Both the position numbers and the translations under genes were made by a program. A stretch of DNA of 64,000 bases from Cystobasidiomycetes sp. EMM_F5 (taxonomy: Eukaryota). Location of the stretch: NCBI GenBank assembly GCA_051047955.1, contig JBPGPT010000026.1:124001-188000 (forward strand). Direction: 5' to 3'. The notes under the pieces were generated by a model. That model worked only from the letters and a program-made list of their open reading frames with translations, was not told the origin of the DNA and did no database searches. Of the stretch, positions 35,643 through 48,682 are shown in pieces (positions within the stretch are counted from its first letter, which is position 1; every line of letters starts with the position of its first letter).

Positions 35643-38600
35643 ATGGTCGAGCAGAAGGATGCGCCAGCCAAAAGAGGGCGTCGTAGCAAAGCAGAGACTG
35701 CTGGTGCCGCTGCTACTGCTGCGGCTGCCACTGCGGCTGCTTCATCAGCTGCGAGCGTTGCCATTCCTGGACTCGGAAAGACGAGGTGCTACTGGGCCGT
35801 CATGGACAGCAACATGACATTCCGCTACCTCGACCCGGTGCTGCAGTCTCACATGCAAGAGGTGAGCTGCGTGTGTGATTTCATTGCAGAGCCAACCCGC
35901 CCAGCTGCCTGCGGTCCACCCGACCTCGACACAATCGGGATCGGATCAAGAAAAGCTCGACCACGCAATCGGACAGGCCGACACGCTTGACAACGACGGG
36001 CAAAGTAGTCGTACAGCTACGATAGCTCTCGTTCCAGCTTGCACAAGCCATGACTTGTTTGGCTGGTTCAGTCTCCACTCCCGTCCCATCCCGTTCGAAA
36101 ACTTTCTCTCCCCAAACCTCACGCACGGCGCGTTTCTCTTCGCCACATATTCTCCACACCGTTTAAACACACCTCCTTGCGCTGATATGGACGCTCTGTC
36201 TTGATTGATGGTCACAAGCTGACGCGTCTCTGTCTCTTCCACAATTGCTTTGTCATGACTGAACCCCACAGCAAGCGCCGCTGGTCATTGGCAAGAGTCT
36301 TGTCGAATTCATCCATCCTCACGAAAGGCAGGCAGCTGCAGAAGATTTTGCAAAGTTTAGATCGTCCACAACCATCTTTGGTAGCGTGACGAGGTGGGTG
36401 TTGGCCAATTTTCCGGTTTCAAGTAATGCTGATAGCATCGACCCCTTGTGACGCTTGACGAACAGATGTCGCTACGCTCGAGTATCATACGCACGCAAGT
36501 TGCTCGGAGCGGAACAACCAGAGACTGACAAGGTCAGTCCTAACTTGAAGTACTTAGACGACCAGGTGAATCGAGATTACGCACGGTGTACGCACATTGC
36601 ATCATGGAGCTGAACATCATTTTGTCAACAGTGGGTGGCCTTGCGAATTGTCGCCAGTCTGGTGGCAGAGAATACCGTTCTGGTCTTCTTCCATGCTACA
36701 GCGGGTCAGTCATATCTCATGTCGCTTCGTGCATTCTGGTGTATTGACACTAGCATCACTCGACCCAGACGTTGATGAAGCGAAAGACATGGATGATGTG
36801 AATCTCAGCGACTGGACAAACTGGTGTGGGCCTCGAGTGACAGACGTGACACGAGATTACCTCACTCCCGAGCAGAAAGAGAAGCTCAATGCAGCATTCA
36901 CTGCGTGTCAAGCTGAAGCCGAACCAATTAAGGACAATAGCGGCGGAGATGTCAGCGTGTCGGATGGAACGACATCGGGTGGAGGACAGCTCGCTTACGT
37001 CTTCCAGCTGCTCAATAGCTCGTCTGGTGATATCCTCTACACATGGCCGCCAGTCGTGCCGACCGGCAACGAAAAGGATCTGACGCTCCATGGACCAGTA
37101 GAAGAAGGGCAAGAACGCTACGTTCCAACAGATTACTCAAACCTGGCTCGTGCGGTGCTCGATAAACGAAGAGACAAGGTGGGCAATGAGGCAAAGACAT
37201 CCTGTACAAAACGCTTCCAGTCGAGGCATCCGATGTCAGTATTCTCGAGGTGCTGCTCACTCTGACAAGTCTGCTGATATGCTGGACATCTCAACAGCAG
37301 CTTGACAGACGGCGCAATTGGCAACATTGAAAGCGTCGTTGTCACGTATCAGTCTATTGCATTCGTCTGTAAGAGTTGCATCCTCGCTTCGCGGTTCATA
37401 CTTTTGAATACTGATATACTTGCTACACACAGGCTTCCAGACTGGCAACGGCTATCTCAACAGCAAGACTGTCAACCCCGGACCTGTATTGGCCAACTCC
37501 ACGAAACGTCGAGCAGGTGTCGATGATGATCTGGATGCCGATGATGTGATCAAGCGATTGAAAGCCGCAGATGCTAACGGCTCCGGACTTGGGAATTGGG
37601 CAGCCACTCTCGGAAACGATGCAAACGGATACACGGGCATGCCTCCATCTCTTGAGAATTGGGTAGCGGACAACGGTGATGCCTCCCTCAACTCGCCATA
37701 TTATGCTGGAACGGCCTACCCAAATGTCTACGCGTCCATGTACGGCCAAGGAGATGGCAGTACGAGTGGATACATGGGCAACGCAGGGGCCAGTATTCCG
37801 CCCCTACCTGGATCTGTCAATGCCAGCGGAGATGACGGGACAAATTCTGCCTTGACAAACCTAGCGATAGCCAGTTCCGGCTCGTACTATACAGACTATA
37901 CTGGCGCACAGTATCCTGTCGCCAGTGCCTCAGGGGACGGCAAGGTCCCCAATCTCGCTTACATTCCTCATCACCGCGATATCGGAACGGACGGCCAGAC
38001 TCCGACTACGGCTACTACTTCGAGGAGCAACAAGTCTGTTACTCTCGATGAGAATGGTCAGCCGGTGCCCATACTACACAAAGTCAGGAAGGCGGATCGT
38101 AACAGGGTCTGCACGAGCTGTGGTACAAGCAATAGTCCAGGTGAGACCATACATTCCCCTAACTCCTATACGATTCATGCTAATGTTTACTGCTTGCACG
38201 ACAGAATGGAGGAAAGGGCCTAGCGGCATAAAGACGCTCTGTAACGCATGCGGCTTACGTTACTCGCGAGCACAGTCCCGCAAGAACAAGAAGGCTCAAA
38301 AAGAGGCAGATCTGGCTGCAGGCATCACGGGTGGTAGCGGACCCGACAGCGCGAGCGGCACACCTACTACTTCGTATGTTCCCGCTCCACTCTCACTAGG
38401 AGCTACAGGGTCCGCTCCTACGACTCTTGAAGGACAGCCTCCTTCGCCGTACATGCCCCTCCCTGACTACAACAATCCGCATAGCGCACCCCTGCCGCCT
38501 CTCCCGCAGTCGGCTGCGTCGGTCGTTGGCAATGGTGGGGCCGCAGGATTGGGGGCTAGCACTTCCGGACCAAACTACGGCTCGTACGGCTCCTTCGTTA

Positions 38601-38686
38601 ATTATACGCCCTACGACAATTGGTCGCCAGCGAGCAATCAGTCGTTTGCCTCTCAGCAAAACCAGGCTCAACAGGGCGGGGCTTGA
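35643..38686 (+). CDS. GATA zinc-finger transcription factor with N-terminal PAS-like region
   Basis: CTSCGTSNSP/EWRKGPSGIKTLCNACGLRY; N-terminal FRYLDP...VIGKSLVEFIHPHE PAS-like segment. Confidence 0.88.
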
Positions 38687-39009
38687 TTAGATGGCAGGAC
38701 ACCATTTCGAAACTTGTCTGCGGAAGTATGCTTGTACGCCCCATTTTGGTTTCAGCCATGGTGCAAGACACTTGCGGTGCCCTTGCCAAACAGGCGATCG
38801 AACCCATTCTCTTTGTGCCATTCTTCATTAGATGTTGGTAATTTCAGTGCGGAATCTTCTGTTGCTCTAGCTGTACTCTGTAGTCTCCCTTTGGTACTTC
38901 ACGTCATACTGCAATGCATGGACGAACATCTGAGTCCGCCTTCTAAGCTAGTGAGGAGGCTAGGACATCCATAATCCGCATGATACTTTGTACACTCTAT
39001 ATAGTAACA

Positions 39010-40566
39010 TTACACGGCCAGCACGCCCTTTGTGCTCGGCACGTCATTCCCACCGGTGAGGGTGATAGCTTCTCGGAGTGCAAGAGCGAGTGCCTTGAAT
39101 GCCGACTCTGACCTATGGTGATCATTCTCTCCGCGCAGACAGTCGACGTGTAGCGTTATCCCTGCTTCCATTGCAAAGCTGTGAAATATGTGTGGAATCA
39201 TCTCGCATGATAGATCCCCAATCTTTTCGCGACGCTGCGAGTCGAACGAGGTGACAAAGTGAGGATGGTGTAATGAGGAGGGTAAAGTGAATCATAGCCA
39301 TTCAGCATCGATCGGACGGTGAGCGTATGCAGTAAAAGAAGGAGTGGTAAATTGTGGTCAGTTGACCGCATCGGACGTGTAGAGCGTGCCAAGAGTGTAT
39401 GAGAAGGGAGTGCATAATTAGTCAAGATTCCGTAGCTTCACTAAAACCAACACATACCAGCCCCAGCTCCGCCACGCAATACGGTCTGGACGAGATATCG
39501 ACCACTGCTCTACTGAGTGCCTGCATTAATGTCCGTTCAGCGAGTTTGACCTACGCTGAGCTGAGCTAACTCTGCACTCGCCTCGTCGAGTGGAGCATGA
39601 CCAGTCCCATATCGCTTTATTCCCCTCCGTTCTCCTAGAGCCTGCTTGAATGCAGCACCGAGAGCTAGCGCACAGTCCTCTGCGGAGTGATGGTCGTCTA
39701 TCCATAAATCTCCGTTACATTTCAGTTCGAGCGACATGCCTGTTGTTGCAGTGAGACGAGAAGACTAGTCAGAGAAGGTGTGCAAGGATAAATTGTGTGA
39801 AGAACGAGTGAGGTAGCCCACCACCGTGCTTTGCGAGTGCCGTGAGCATCTGTGTCGCGATACGAGCATCCGATGGAGGTGTGACGAGGATTGGAAAGGA
39901 CAGAGTGTACGATGAGAAGTATGAAAAGGATGAAAGGTAGGGCGAGATAGAATGAGACGCAGCATGCGAAGAGTATGCCATACGAAGAGTATGCCGAGTA
40001 TACAAAACATGGCGAGATGGGAAGTAATGGATAAAAGGTAGGGCGAGATAGAATGAGACGCAGCATGCGAAGGGTATAACGAGAATACAAAACATAGCGA
40101 GATGGGAAGTAAAGAATAAAAGATATGGCGAGATAGAATGAAACGCAGCATGCGAAGAGTATGCCATACGAAGAGGATGGGGTATGAGGTACAGCGAGAG
40201 AAGAAAGGGTGCGATGCGACGTAAGGAATACCGAGACGTGAAAAGGACAGAGAATTGAGACATGCGATACAAACAAGGTCAGAAAAGGACAGATACATCC
40301 AACACAACTCGCAAACGACTTGCATGATCCAGAAACCCAATTCCTGTGGCTACCTTTATAGACTGGGGACTATTCACCGACACATCGAGTGCCAGGGTGA
40401 CTGATATGTCTGTTTCGCTACAGATTCACCGCACCATTTCCCATCAGCCAGTCGTTCAGCTCAAATTGCCGTTGCATTCCACCCACGCCGTCTTTCTCGT
40501 CACTGTTGCTGTCCGGATATTCGCTGCTGACGCTGGCTTGTAGGCAGTCTCGGATGAGCCGTTCAT
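39010..40566 (-). CDS. HIS3: Imidazoleglycerol-phosphate dehydratase (6 exons)
   Basis: [69 protein letters not shown]. Confidence 0.97.
39933..40177. repeat. Degenerate minisatellite (~85-100 bp unit, ~2.6 copies) inside HIS3 intron 2
   Basis: Core GGCGAGATAGAATGARACGCAGCATGCGAAG recurs at ~39941, ~40042 and ~40127. Confidence 0.9.
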
Positions 40567-40826
40567 GGTTGTCGGTATTGTAAATTGGTCAGAGCAGAGG
40601 CAGACAGAGAGGGAGAGGGACAGGGAGCGCAAGAGCGAGCAGACAGGCTGAGGGTAGACTACCGAGTGCTCCATTGCAATGCTACAACAGACTGCACTTT
40701 CACACACAAAACGTGCATTGATGGACTGAGACATGACCACTTTACGCGAGTCTGGAGGTAGGGCTGCAGGCTGTAGACTGTGCAGCCAGTCTATGATCCT
40801 CACAGACACCTGCATAATAAGAGTGC

Positions 40827-40850
40827 TGCCTGCCTGCCTGCCTGCCTGCC
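40827..40850. repeat. (TGCC)6 microsatellite upstream of HIS3
   Basis: Read directly. Confidence 0.9.
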
Positions 40851-41486
40851 TGAATGTCTACTTGTTGCTGCATGAATCTCTCCCTCCCCATCCCGCCCCG
40901 TGAATGTTTGCATCGAGTATCCCTCCCGCCAGTCAGTCCCTCCCTCTTGCCAGCCTGGACTGCCCTGGGACCTGGGTACGGGTATCGATATACTTCAATT
41001 GTGACTTATCGGTCAGTGTCCAAGCAGTCATATCACTCTGCACCCTCGTTCAGGACTGATATTTGCCACTCGTCACCTCGCGTCGCAGCAGTTTCAAGTC
41101 GAGTGTACGCTCAGGATACGCAGAGGGTGTATCCAGTCTGTTTGAATATCCAGTATTCAGCCAGTGAGTACACAATATACGATAGCCATTCCACTCGTCC
41201 ACTCTTCACTCGACACCCCCCTATACTCATCGACACGCTCAAGAGACGAGCATTACGAGTATTCTAAAGCAAGAGTCCATCATATATACTGCCTGGACAC
41301 TGCAACCTCAGCACTCGCATCCACAGCACTGACGCCCTCAACGTCGGGCAGTCACTCTGTAATCTGTCACTCCTCAGGGGCAACAGACACGCCAGGCCAG
41401 GTACAGTCAATACTCGAGCGAACATCAAGGGAATGGTGTGGTAGAGTGTACCCAATATCATCACTCTCAATCCATCACACTCCAGC

Positions 41487-44400
41487 ATGTCCTCTGCTAT
41501 CAATCGCAACCCCGCGACGGTCGGAGAAGCTGCCGCCACTCGCACCGTGACTTCGACCCCTCGGCTTGACGTTCCCGCTCCTCTGAGCAGACTCGTTCTT
41601 GCAACCCTCGACACTGCGGACATTGGAGAGGAGGGGTTATTCCAGCATGCACAGAATGCATATGCACTAGTCGGACAGCAGACGAGCGAGCAAGATCACA
41701 CCCGTGCCTACACGGGCACAGCAGAGACCGATCAAGGCCATCCCGAGCGTAGGGGAGAGGAGGGGGAGGAGCAAGTCAGAAACGCACTTCAATATCGCAC
41801 TTTCGACAATCTACAGCCGTCTACAAACAATCTCGACTGGCCCAGCAGCGTAAGTGTTGTTGACACGCACACTCTTACAAACCCTGCCAGAGACGACGGC
41901 ACTCATTCGGAGGAGCAAGTCAGAAACGCACTTCACTATCGCACTGTCGAGACTGTACAGCCGTCTAGAAACAATCTCGACTGGCCCAGCAGCGTAAGTG
42001 CTGTCGACACGCACACTCTAACAAACCCTGCCAGAGACGACAGCACTCACTCGTCTGGCCAGCTAGTCAAGCAAAACCTGCACAGTCACCTCTCTGTCCT
42101 CACTGAAGCCCGCACGCTCACTCTCGACAGTTCGGCCCTCGACGCACTCGCACACTCTGCTAGCCTATCGCCGTTAGCTGCAGAACCGCCAGGCGCAGAT
42201 AGACAAGGGAGGGTAGAGTCTAGGGAGGCAGAGTTTAGGGAGGCAGAGTCGTCATCAGCCAGGCATTATACTCACACACACCACCAGCATCGCTCATCGT
42301 CGCAGTCAGGACATCGTACCTCGTCAAATTCAAGACATCGTACCTCGTCGCATTCAAGACAGCGTACCTCGTCGAGAGATTCGGCAAAGGAGAAAGGGTC
42401 AACATCGACATTGTTTTGGGATTCCGCAAAGGGGTCGACGTCTACATTTGCATCCCGCCCCGTTTCCACCTTTCAAGCATTTCAGTACCCAGACATTTCG
42501 GGTAGCGCAACTCCCCTCATCTACGTCTCTTCTGCAATGGAGCAGCACATCTTTCCCCCGGTCGCGAGCAGGCGACAGAAGCGAAAGCACGAGGCAATGG
42601 CAAATGAAGTGTCGGGGTTTGAGGCGAGTGGAGCGAATGGGCAAGCGACGAATGGGCAAGCGACGAACAAAGAGCGGGGCTCCACATCTGCACCGAATGG
42701 TCCGACATCGGTCGACACTCTTGCTGCAGCTGCACACGTCGCTTCGTCTTCTGGACATGCGTCTTCCAACGCCTCGGGATCAGATATGAATCGGGACGGG
42801 TCAGCAGATGGTGATGCGTCACTGATGAATGACGACGTGGAACTGGAAGAGATTGGAGAATTGGCAAACGACGATATCTACCCGTCGAATGGAGCAACAA
42901 CGTCGGCGTCAAATTCGACAAAGAGGGCAAGAGCCAAAGTGCCAGAAGAGACGACGGCGTTGCGCGCTTCAACGAGAAGAGGAAGAGGCAAGTTGAATAC
43001 CGTGGAAGCGGTGCCTTTGGTCACGCCGTCGCTGCGAGGAACGAGGGGAAGGGGACGAGGGAGAGGAAGAGGGAGAGGAAGAGCAGCACTGGCAAATGCA
43101 AGGGGTGCAGCCGATGAATTGCAGCAGAGCACTGCACAGCGAGCTTCTAGTGCTCAAGAGGACGCAGTCGGAGACGCTGTATCTGATAATCACAATACTG
43201 CGTCTGTCAGTATGGCGCCAACAACTAATGGCCAAACGACGGAAGACGCGCAAGTGGGCGCGAGTGCTAGCGCCAGTGCAGACGCAGACGCAGAAGCTGC
43301 CCCTGACCGGAATGATAATGACGATGGGGACGATGGAGGCGAAGACGAGGTGGATGTTGAGGAGGAAGTTAACAATGACGACGACGAAGAGGACGAGTAC
43401 CGAGCTGGGGCATCTGGCTCGGAAGCGGGAAGCGATTACAATCCAAACGGCAGCGCTACAAAGTCCAACAACAAAAAGCAATCTGGACGAGCACGAGGGA
43501 GTGCGAAACCTGCCGGTGGTGCTGCAAAGAGAGGACGCCCGTCGGCGGCGGCTGCCTTGCAACGCTATCTACAGCCTCCCGCCATCCCGTCGGCTTTGCA
43601 TACCGCTGCTATCGGTACGGTTGCCAGTCTGCAGCCGTTCTATAACGGTGCTAGTGCATATGCTCAGGCGGGGCCTGGTGGACAATACGGTATTCCATCG
43701 TATCCATTTGTTCCGTCTGTAATGGCGTCAGAGTATCAACCCAGTCCCGATGTCGTTTTGCGCAAACCTGCTGCGCCGCGCAAAAGCCGTCCTCGCGAAG
43801 TAGTAGGTGATACGGCAAACGCAGTCGCTGGCCCTTCAGGAACATCTGACGCATCATCTGCGTTGCCAAAGCCAAAAGTTGCGCGGTCAACCAATTCGTC
43901 AAACATTCCAAAATCATTCGTATGTACGGGCTACGAAGGCTGTAATCTCGTCTTTTCGAGATCCGAGCATCTCGCTCGACATATCCGTAAACACACGGGA
44001 GAGAAACCCTTCATGTGTCACTGCAAGCGGACATTTTCGAGAATTGACAATGTGCGTATCCAACGGTAACCTTAGAAAAGGAGAATCCAAGCTGATATAC
44101 ATTATCTCGTTTGCAGTTGAGACAGCATATGGGTACCGTGCATTCCGACAAGGTGGACTACAATGCGCAATGGCTGGAAGAGCAGTGTAATTTGCACAGC
44201 AAGATTTCAAGGGACGCATCAAAGACACATGTCGGTACACGCGATCCCGCGATGCTGGAAGCGCGGCGGCTACAAAAGCAGCGAAAACCGAATGGTTCAC
44301 AAGGCACTCCTGACTTTGACGAGGAGTCCATGGATCAATCGTTTACTCCAGATTTCTCGACGCTGGATGGGAGCATGCAACTCGGACCGAACGGTATGCT

Positions 44401-44851
44401 TGCAATGCCATATGGTGCAATGCCCCTCATGCCGGCTCCAGTCATGTCTAGCGGTCTATCTGCCATGCCCGTCATGCCCCAATTGGCTGGCGAGGGAGGT
44501 TCCTTTGCTTATCCACCAATGCCTGCCCCTTCCTTCACGAACCTGTCAATGCAGATACCAATGCACGAGCTTCCGCCTATGCCCGCACAAATGCCGCAAA
44601 ATCCGCAGCCAATACAGCGGAACGTCGTCGGGCATCACCAGCGGAATTCGAGTTTGGATGGATCTGTGCAAACTACGAACCACATGACGTGGTCCCCGCC
44701 TACGAGCCACCCAAGGTAGATTTAGTATGATGCAAGCATATCAGCGGAACAAGCATTGTTGACGCGTAAACTGTGGTACAGGTCGCCTCCAGCTCCAGCA
44801 GAATCGCGGTATCAGTACCCTCCTGCCCTTGTCGCTATGCCACCAAACTGA
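41487..44851 (+). CDS. C2H2 zinc-finger transcription factor (Usv1/Rgm1-like finger pair) with long disordered N-terminus
   Basis: [56 protein letters not shown] repeats and KRGRP; the true start may lie downstream. Confidence 0.88.
41765..42052. repeat. 144-bp (48-codon) in-frame tandem duplication
   Basis: GGAGGAGCAAGTCAGAAACGCACTTCA... at 41765 and 41909; peptide EEQVRNAL...TNPARDD repeated. Confidence 0.92.
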
Positions 44852-45745
44852 GAAGGGCGTAATTATGACACCATACGCAATGCTTTCCTGGATTTGTATG
44901 CTCTTTCTCTCAGTGCATTAATCGGCAATCGCGCGAAGCGTGTCGGCGAGCATAGACCGGCTTTTCTGCTTTGACGGTTGTACTGTATCCGACTGTCCTG
45001 ATGTGAAATGCTACACTCTCTGCTTTTGTGCAAATGCTGCTCTGCGTGTTGCACTCCGGACTGCTTTTCGCGTTATGTCGACGCTTAATGTTTTCTGGAC
45101 AAACAAACACATCTTTCACGTCTTTGATTCTTTGTATCACCCGCATGCATCATCAAGAAGACTGTCAGGATGACCAACAAGACGCCCCGGAGCGCCGTTA
45201 TGCCTTGTCAAGCCCTACGCAACTCTTCGGACCCCATCAATGAAGCCATACCTCGTTTACCAAAGTGCTACTAATCATACAGCTGCATCAACCTTGAAAT
45301 GCGAGACCTCAGAATCTGACCCTTCAACATTGCCAAGGCTGCAGCTGTCGTAACTGCTGCCTATACATGGGCTGCCGAATAGCTTCCGTACCGAGTATTC
45401 AAGCTGTGGCTGCCCCCAAGAAAAAAACCGGGAGACATCGAAGGAAGCAAAGTCCCTTTTCCCAACCAAGCACGGACGTCTGGCCAATCCTAGACTGCGG
45501 TTTGTGCCATCGCTACAGCACAGCTAAGGTACGGCGCGTCTGTACGCGCCTATTGTCGAGCTGCCCTGTCAGGCAAAGACATTGTTTCTCAAATGCTGCG
45601 ATAGCGACGGGAGCGTGCGGCGGATCTCATGATCAACGAGCCGTCGCATTACCGAGGGCACCGTCAATCTTGTCCTCTTACCTTCGTCTGTTGGTTGACG
45701 CTTTCTGTGTGCGGTGTTTGACGATCTTTATCACAACATCCCACC

Positions 45746-46592
45746 ATGAAATACCTCTCGACTCTCCTAGGTTTCTGCCTTGTTGGGACAAAGTTCTGCT
45801 TAGCAGCCAACCCTGTCACCAAGGCCTATGAGGATTTCGGACCCACGACCAGCGAACTTGGCACGGCTGGCACGATCAACACCCTCAGTGGATTTGTGAC
45901 CGTCTATGATACGCAGCCTAACACTTTGACGGCTGCAAAAGCAGCGTGTTCAGCAAACACAGCTTGCATCGGGTTTCTACTAGCCTACCGTAAGCCAAGT
46001 ATTCAATACTCGACATCCAGGTTTGGCTGATTACAATTTTCCCCCAATCAGAAGCTAATGCTGGTGGTGCTGTATATCAGTTATACTCCTCTCCTGGTCC
46101 TTATAACGGAGTGCCAGCGCCGCCAAGCGTGCAGGTCAACTACTTTAGCTGGCGGTAAGCGACTTCTCATGATGATGGTTTGTACGCAATTAGCTGAAGC
46201 GTAGAGGCCATCACATCAAAAGGTACAATGCTAATCCCGGTACTGGACCGCGATGCAGCAGTTTGTAAGTTGTTGTTCTGCATCCATGCAGTGAATTGCG
46301 AAACGATACTAAACATCGCAACAGAACCGACACCTTCTCTATGAACAACATGTGTAATTGCTTGACCTCGGCGGGCGAGCGTCAAGATCCGAAGAGCAAT
46401 GCTGGCTGCTTATCGATCTTGGGAAGCCCGGTCGTACGCCGTAACTTACTACAGAAGGATCGGCGCGTGCCTGGCAAGGTGCCTAAGCCCTACTTCCTGA
46501 AGGCTCGCCAACCACAATCTTCAGAGTCACTCGTCACACCCACGGGTACACTGACCGCGCCGCAAGCTCCAATTCTGCCAGCACTGTTTTGA
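45746..46592 (+). CDS. Small secreted Cys-containing protein (multi-exon)
   Basis: Signal-peptide-like MKYLSTLLGFCLVGTKFCLA; GTAAGC/GTAAGT donors; several Cys in the mature region; exon joins tentative. Confidence 0.6.
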
Positions 46593-47215
46593 TAATGGGT
46601 CAAGAGTGCCTGCACAGACAGCATTCATAGCGCCGAAACGAGATTTTGTGATGTTCGTGATTACATTGTTTCCACATAACACGGGTAATACTAGACGCGG
46701 AAATTGCATTATTGAGCAGATGTAATTAGCAATGAGTAATTGCATCACTATCAACATTTTTTCAACTCCTCTGCTACTCCGGCCGCTGTCGTTCTGCTGA
46801 ACCGCATCAAATGTGAGCTGACGATACACAAGTCGATGCCAAAAAGGTGTGCCCCCGCACGCGATTTGTGCGATGAATTGTGTCTGTTGTCCGTCACTAG
46901 AAGCTCGCGACGGTCGTTCAGTATGATGGCCGAGTGACGATGTTGCTGACGGGGCCACCAGCCAACACGGCCGAAGCGCTATGTTGCCGATAAGGTTTGG
47001 CAGTATTGAAAAAGGTTTGAAGAGCCCGAGTCTGCTCAACGTCCCTTGAAATTGAAGCCCTTACACAGAGGCTTCGACCTGACATCGGGCTTCGCGAATG
47101 TAGAAGCAGGCGGGCTGATTTCCTTGACATTGCGGGTCACGACGATTTAAGAAGCAAGGAATGCCTCTCCATTGCTTCACAGGTGGCTGTAGCCGTCGCA
47201 GAGCAGCTTCGCCTA

Positions 47216-48682
47216 TCATATTGGCCTTTTCCGTCGTATGCAGCCGCCAGGCAAGAGGTATCTGAATTCGTTCTGGTGATCCAGCAAGTATTCCGGTAGA
47301 CTATCGACATCAGTCGTGTTGGAGATTGGGCGAGTGAAGCGTACGAGACTTGCAAAGTCATATGCCTCTGCATACATGTCGAAGACATCGCGGCCAGAGC
47401 ATATTTTGTTTTGTATTTCGACAGGAGACAGCTGACGATCGTTTGTTACTCTGTCGTTGTGAGAGTAGGATCTGCATTTGTCCTGTCAGCTGCACTCACG
47501 TCACTTCAAGACGGTGTCCGGCTCACGTCATTTTGAAGACGAAGTCCGATATGTATGGGAAGCAGAATGAGCAATGCCATCCTGCTCGTTCGAAAATCGT
47601 GTCTGACACCCTCGAGTGCGTATAGATAGTTTTCCCAGGTGTATAGCGCTTCACGGTAGTTCTCCATTGTCGTGGCCCATGACCAAGACCTTCTCCGTCA
47701 ACTTGGCCGGGCGCGATGCCCTCGAGCAGTTGCAGCTTGGACGGTTGGCGAGCCAACGGATACTCGAATGAGTACATGTACGTAGGCATGCCAAGGTGAA
47801 CAGCTTCTCCCCATCCATCGCATGACCGCAGTAAGCCGATAGCTTCTCTGGACGGAATCTCGTCGACATCGCTCATGATAACGAGGGACTGGTTGCCCAG
47901 ACGCATGGAGTCCAAGGCACGTGTCACACTCGCTCGCATGCGAATCTCGTTCTCCATAGGATCTTCCCGTTTGGTGATGTCTGTTTGTTGCGTCTGTCCG
48001 TCGCCACGTCTGGCCGCCAAGGTTCCCGAGTCTCCAGCACCGTCCGCCGATAAAGGCGCAACATGAAGGCCGTCAACAGTATGGTAGACAAGTTTCTTCT
48101 TGGCCCATTCGAATCTGTGCAGATTTTCTTTGAGCAAAAGAGGCTTTGGCTGACCAGAAAATGTCAATCTGGCTTCGGCCACCAAAAATATGTCTACGAC
48201 GTCCCAGAGCTCCCGCATGCGCAATTCGAGTAGATCTAGCTCTACAGAGAACAGGACGGCATCCACAACTCTAGTCTTGCGGTAGTCGGCCAAGGACGCG
48301 AGCGGCCTGAGTTGATGGGCTGAACAGACTCGTTCCCAGTCAATGTCGTTGACATCTGAGATGGGCGACGCGGTGCCGACCCAGGTTCGAGAGACCAGCA
48401 TACGATCGACGCCGTAGACGTGAGAGAAGCGTTTCGGCGCCCTGTCCCAGATGGGCCGGGTAATGTAGCCTAGATCCTAATTGATAGCGAGCCGAAAATG
48501 GATAATGCACATCAAACGAGCAGCCCTCCTCGACTTTAGAGAATTTGACGACCCACCCTGAGATGGACTGTCCAAACATCGTCCATGTGCAACACGAGTA
48601 ATGATCCAACGACAAGGAAGGGCAGAAGGATAAGCAAGCGTCGATACCGCGCCGGTGCCATCCGAGACAGTAGTTGGCGCAT
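47216..48682 (-). CDS. Glycosyltransferase family 17 (MGAT3/GnT-III-like)
   Basis: N-terminal TM; DAVLFSVELDLLELR, TFSGQPKPL, IMSDVDEIPS, AGWHCSFCF, SYSHNDR, YLLPGGC. Confidence 0.92.

Noticed and set aside
35862..36271. Possible cassette exon inside the ~410-nt first intron of the GATA gene (ORF 35875-36204)
   Set aside because: It would need a ~28-nt upstream intron with no branch motif; a proximal branch point exists at the normal acceptor
35643..38686. Calling the PAS-like/GATA protein White Collar 2
   Set aside because: The architecture is similar but I cannot confirm orthology from motifs alone; needs phylogeny
39933..40177. CRISPR-like appearance of a recurring ~30-bp core
   Set aside because: Eukaryotic intron; the intervening segments are similar to each other rather than unique spacers; no cas genes
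39722..40340. Three overlapping 167-191 aa hydrophobic ORFs on the minus strand
   Set aside because: They lie in a HIS3 intron and arise from a repeat lacking TAA/TAG/TGA; the translations are low-complexity and repetitive
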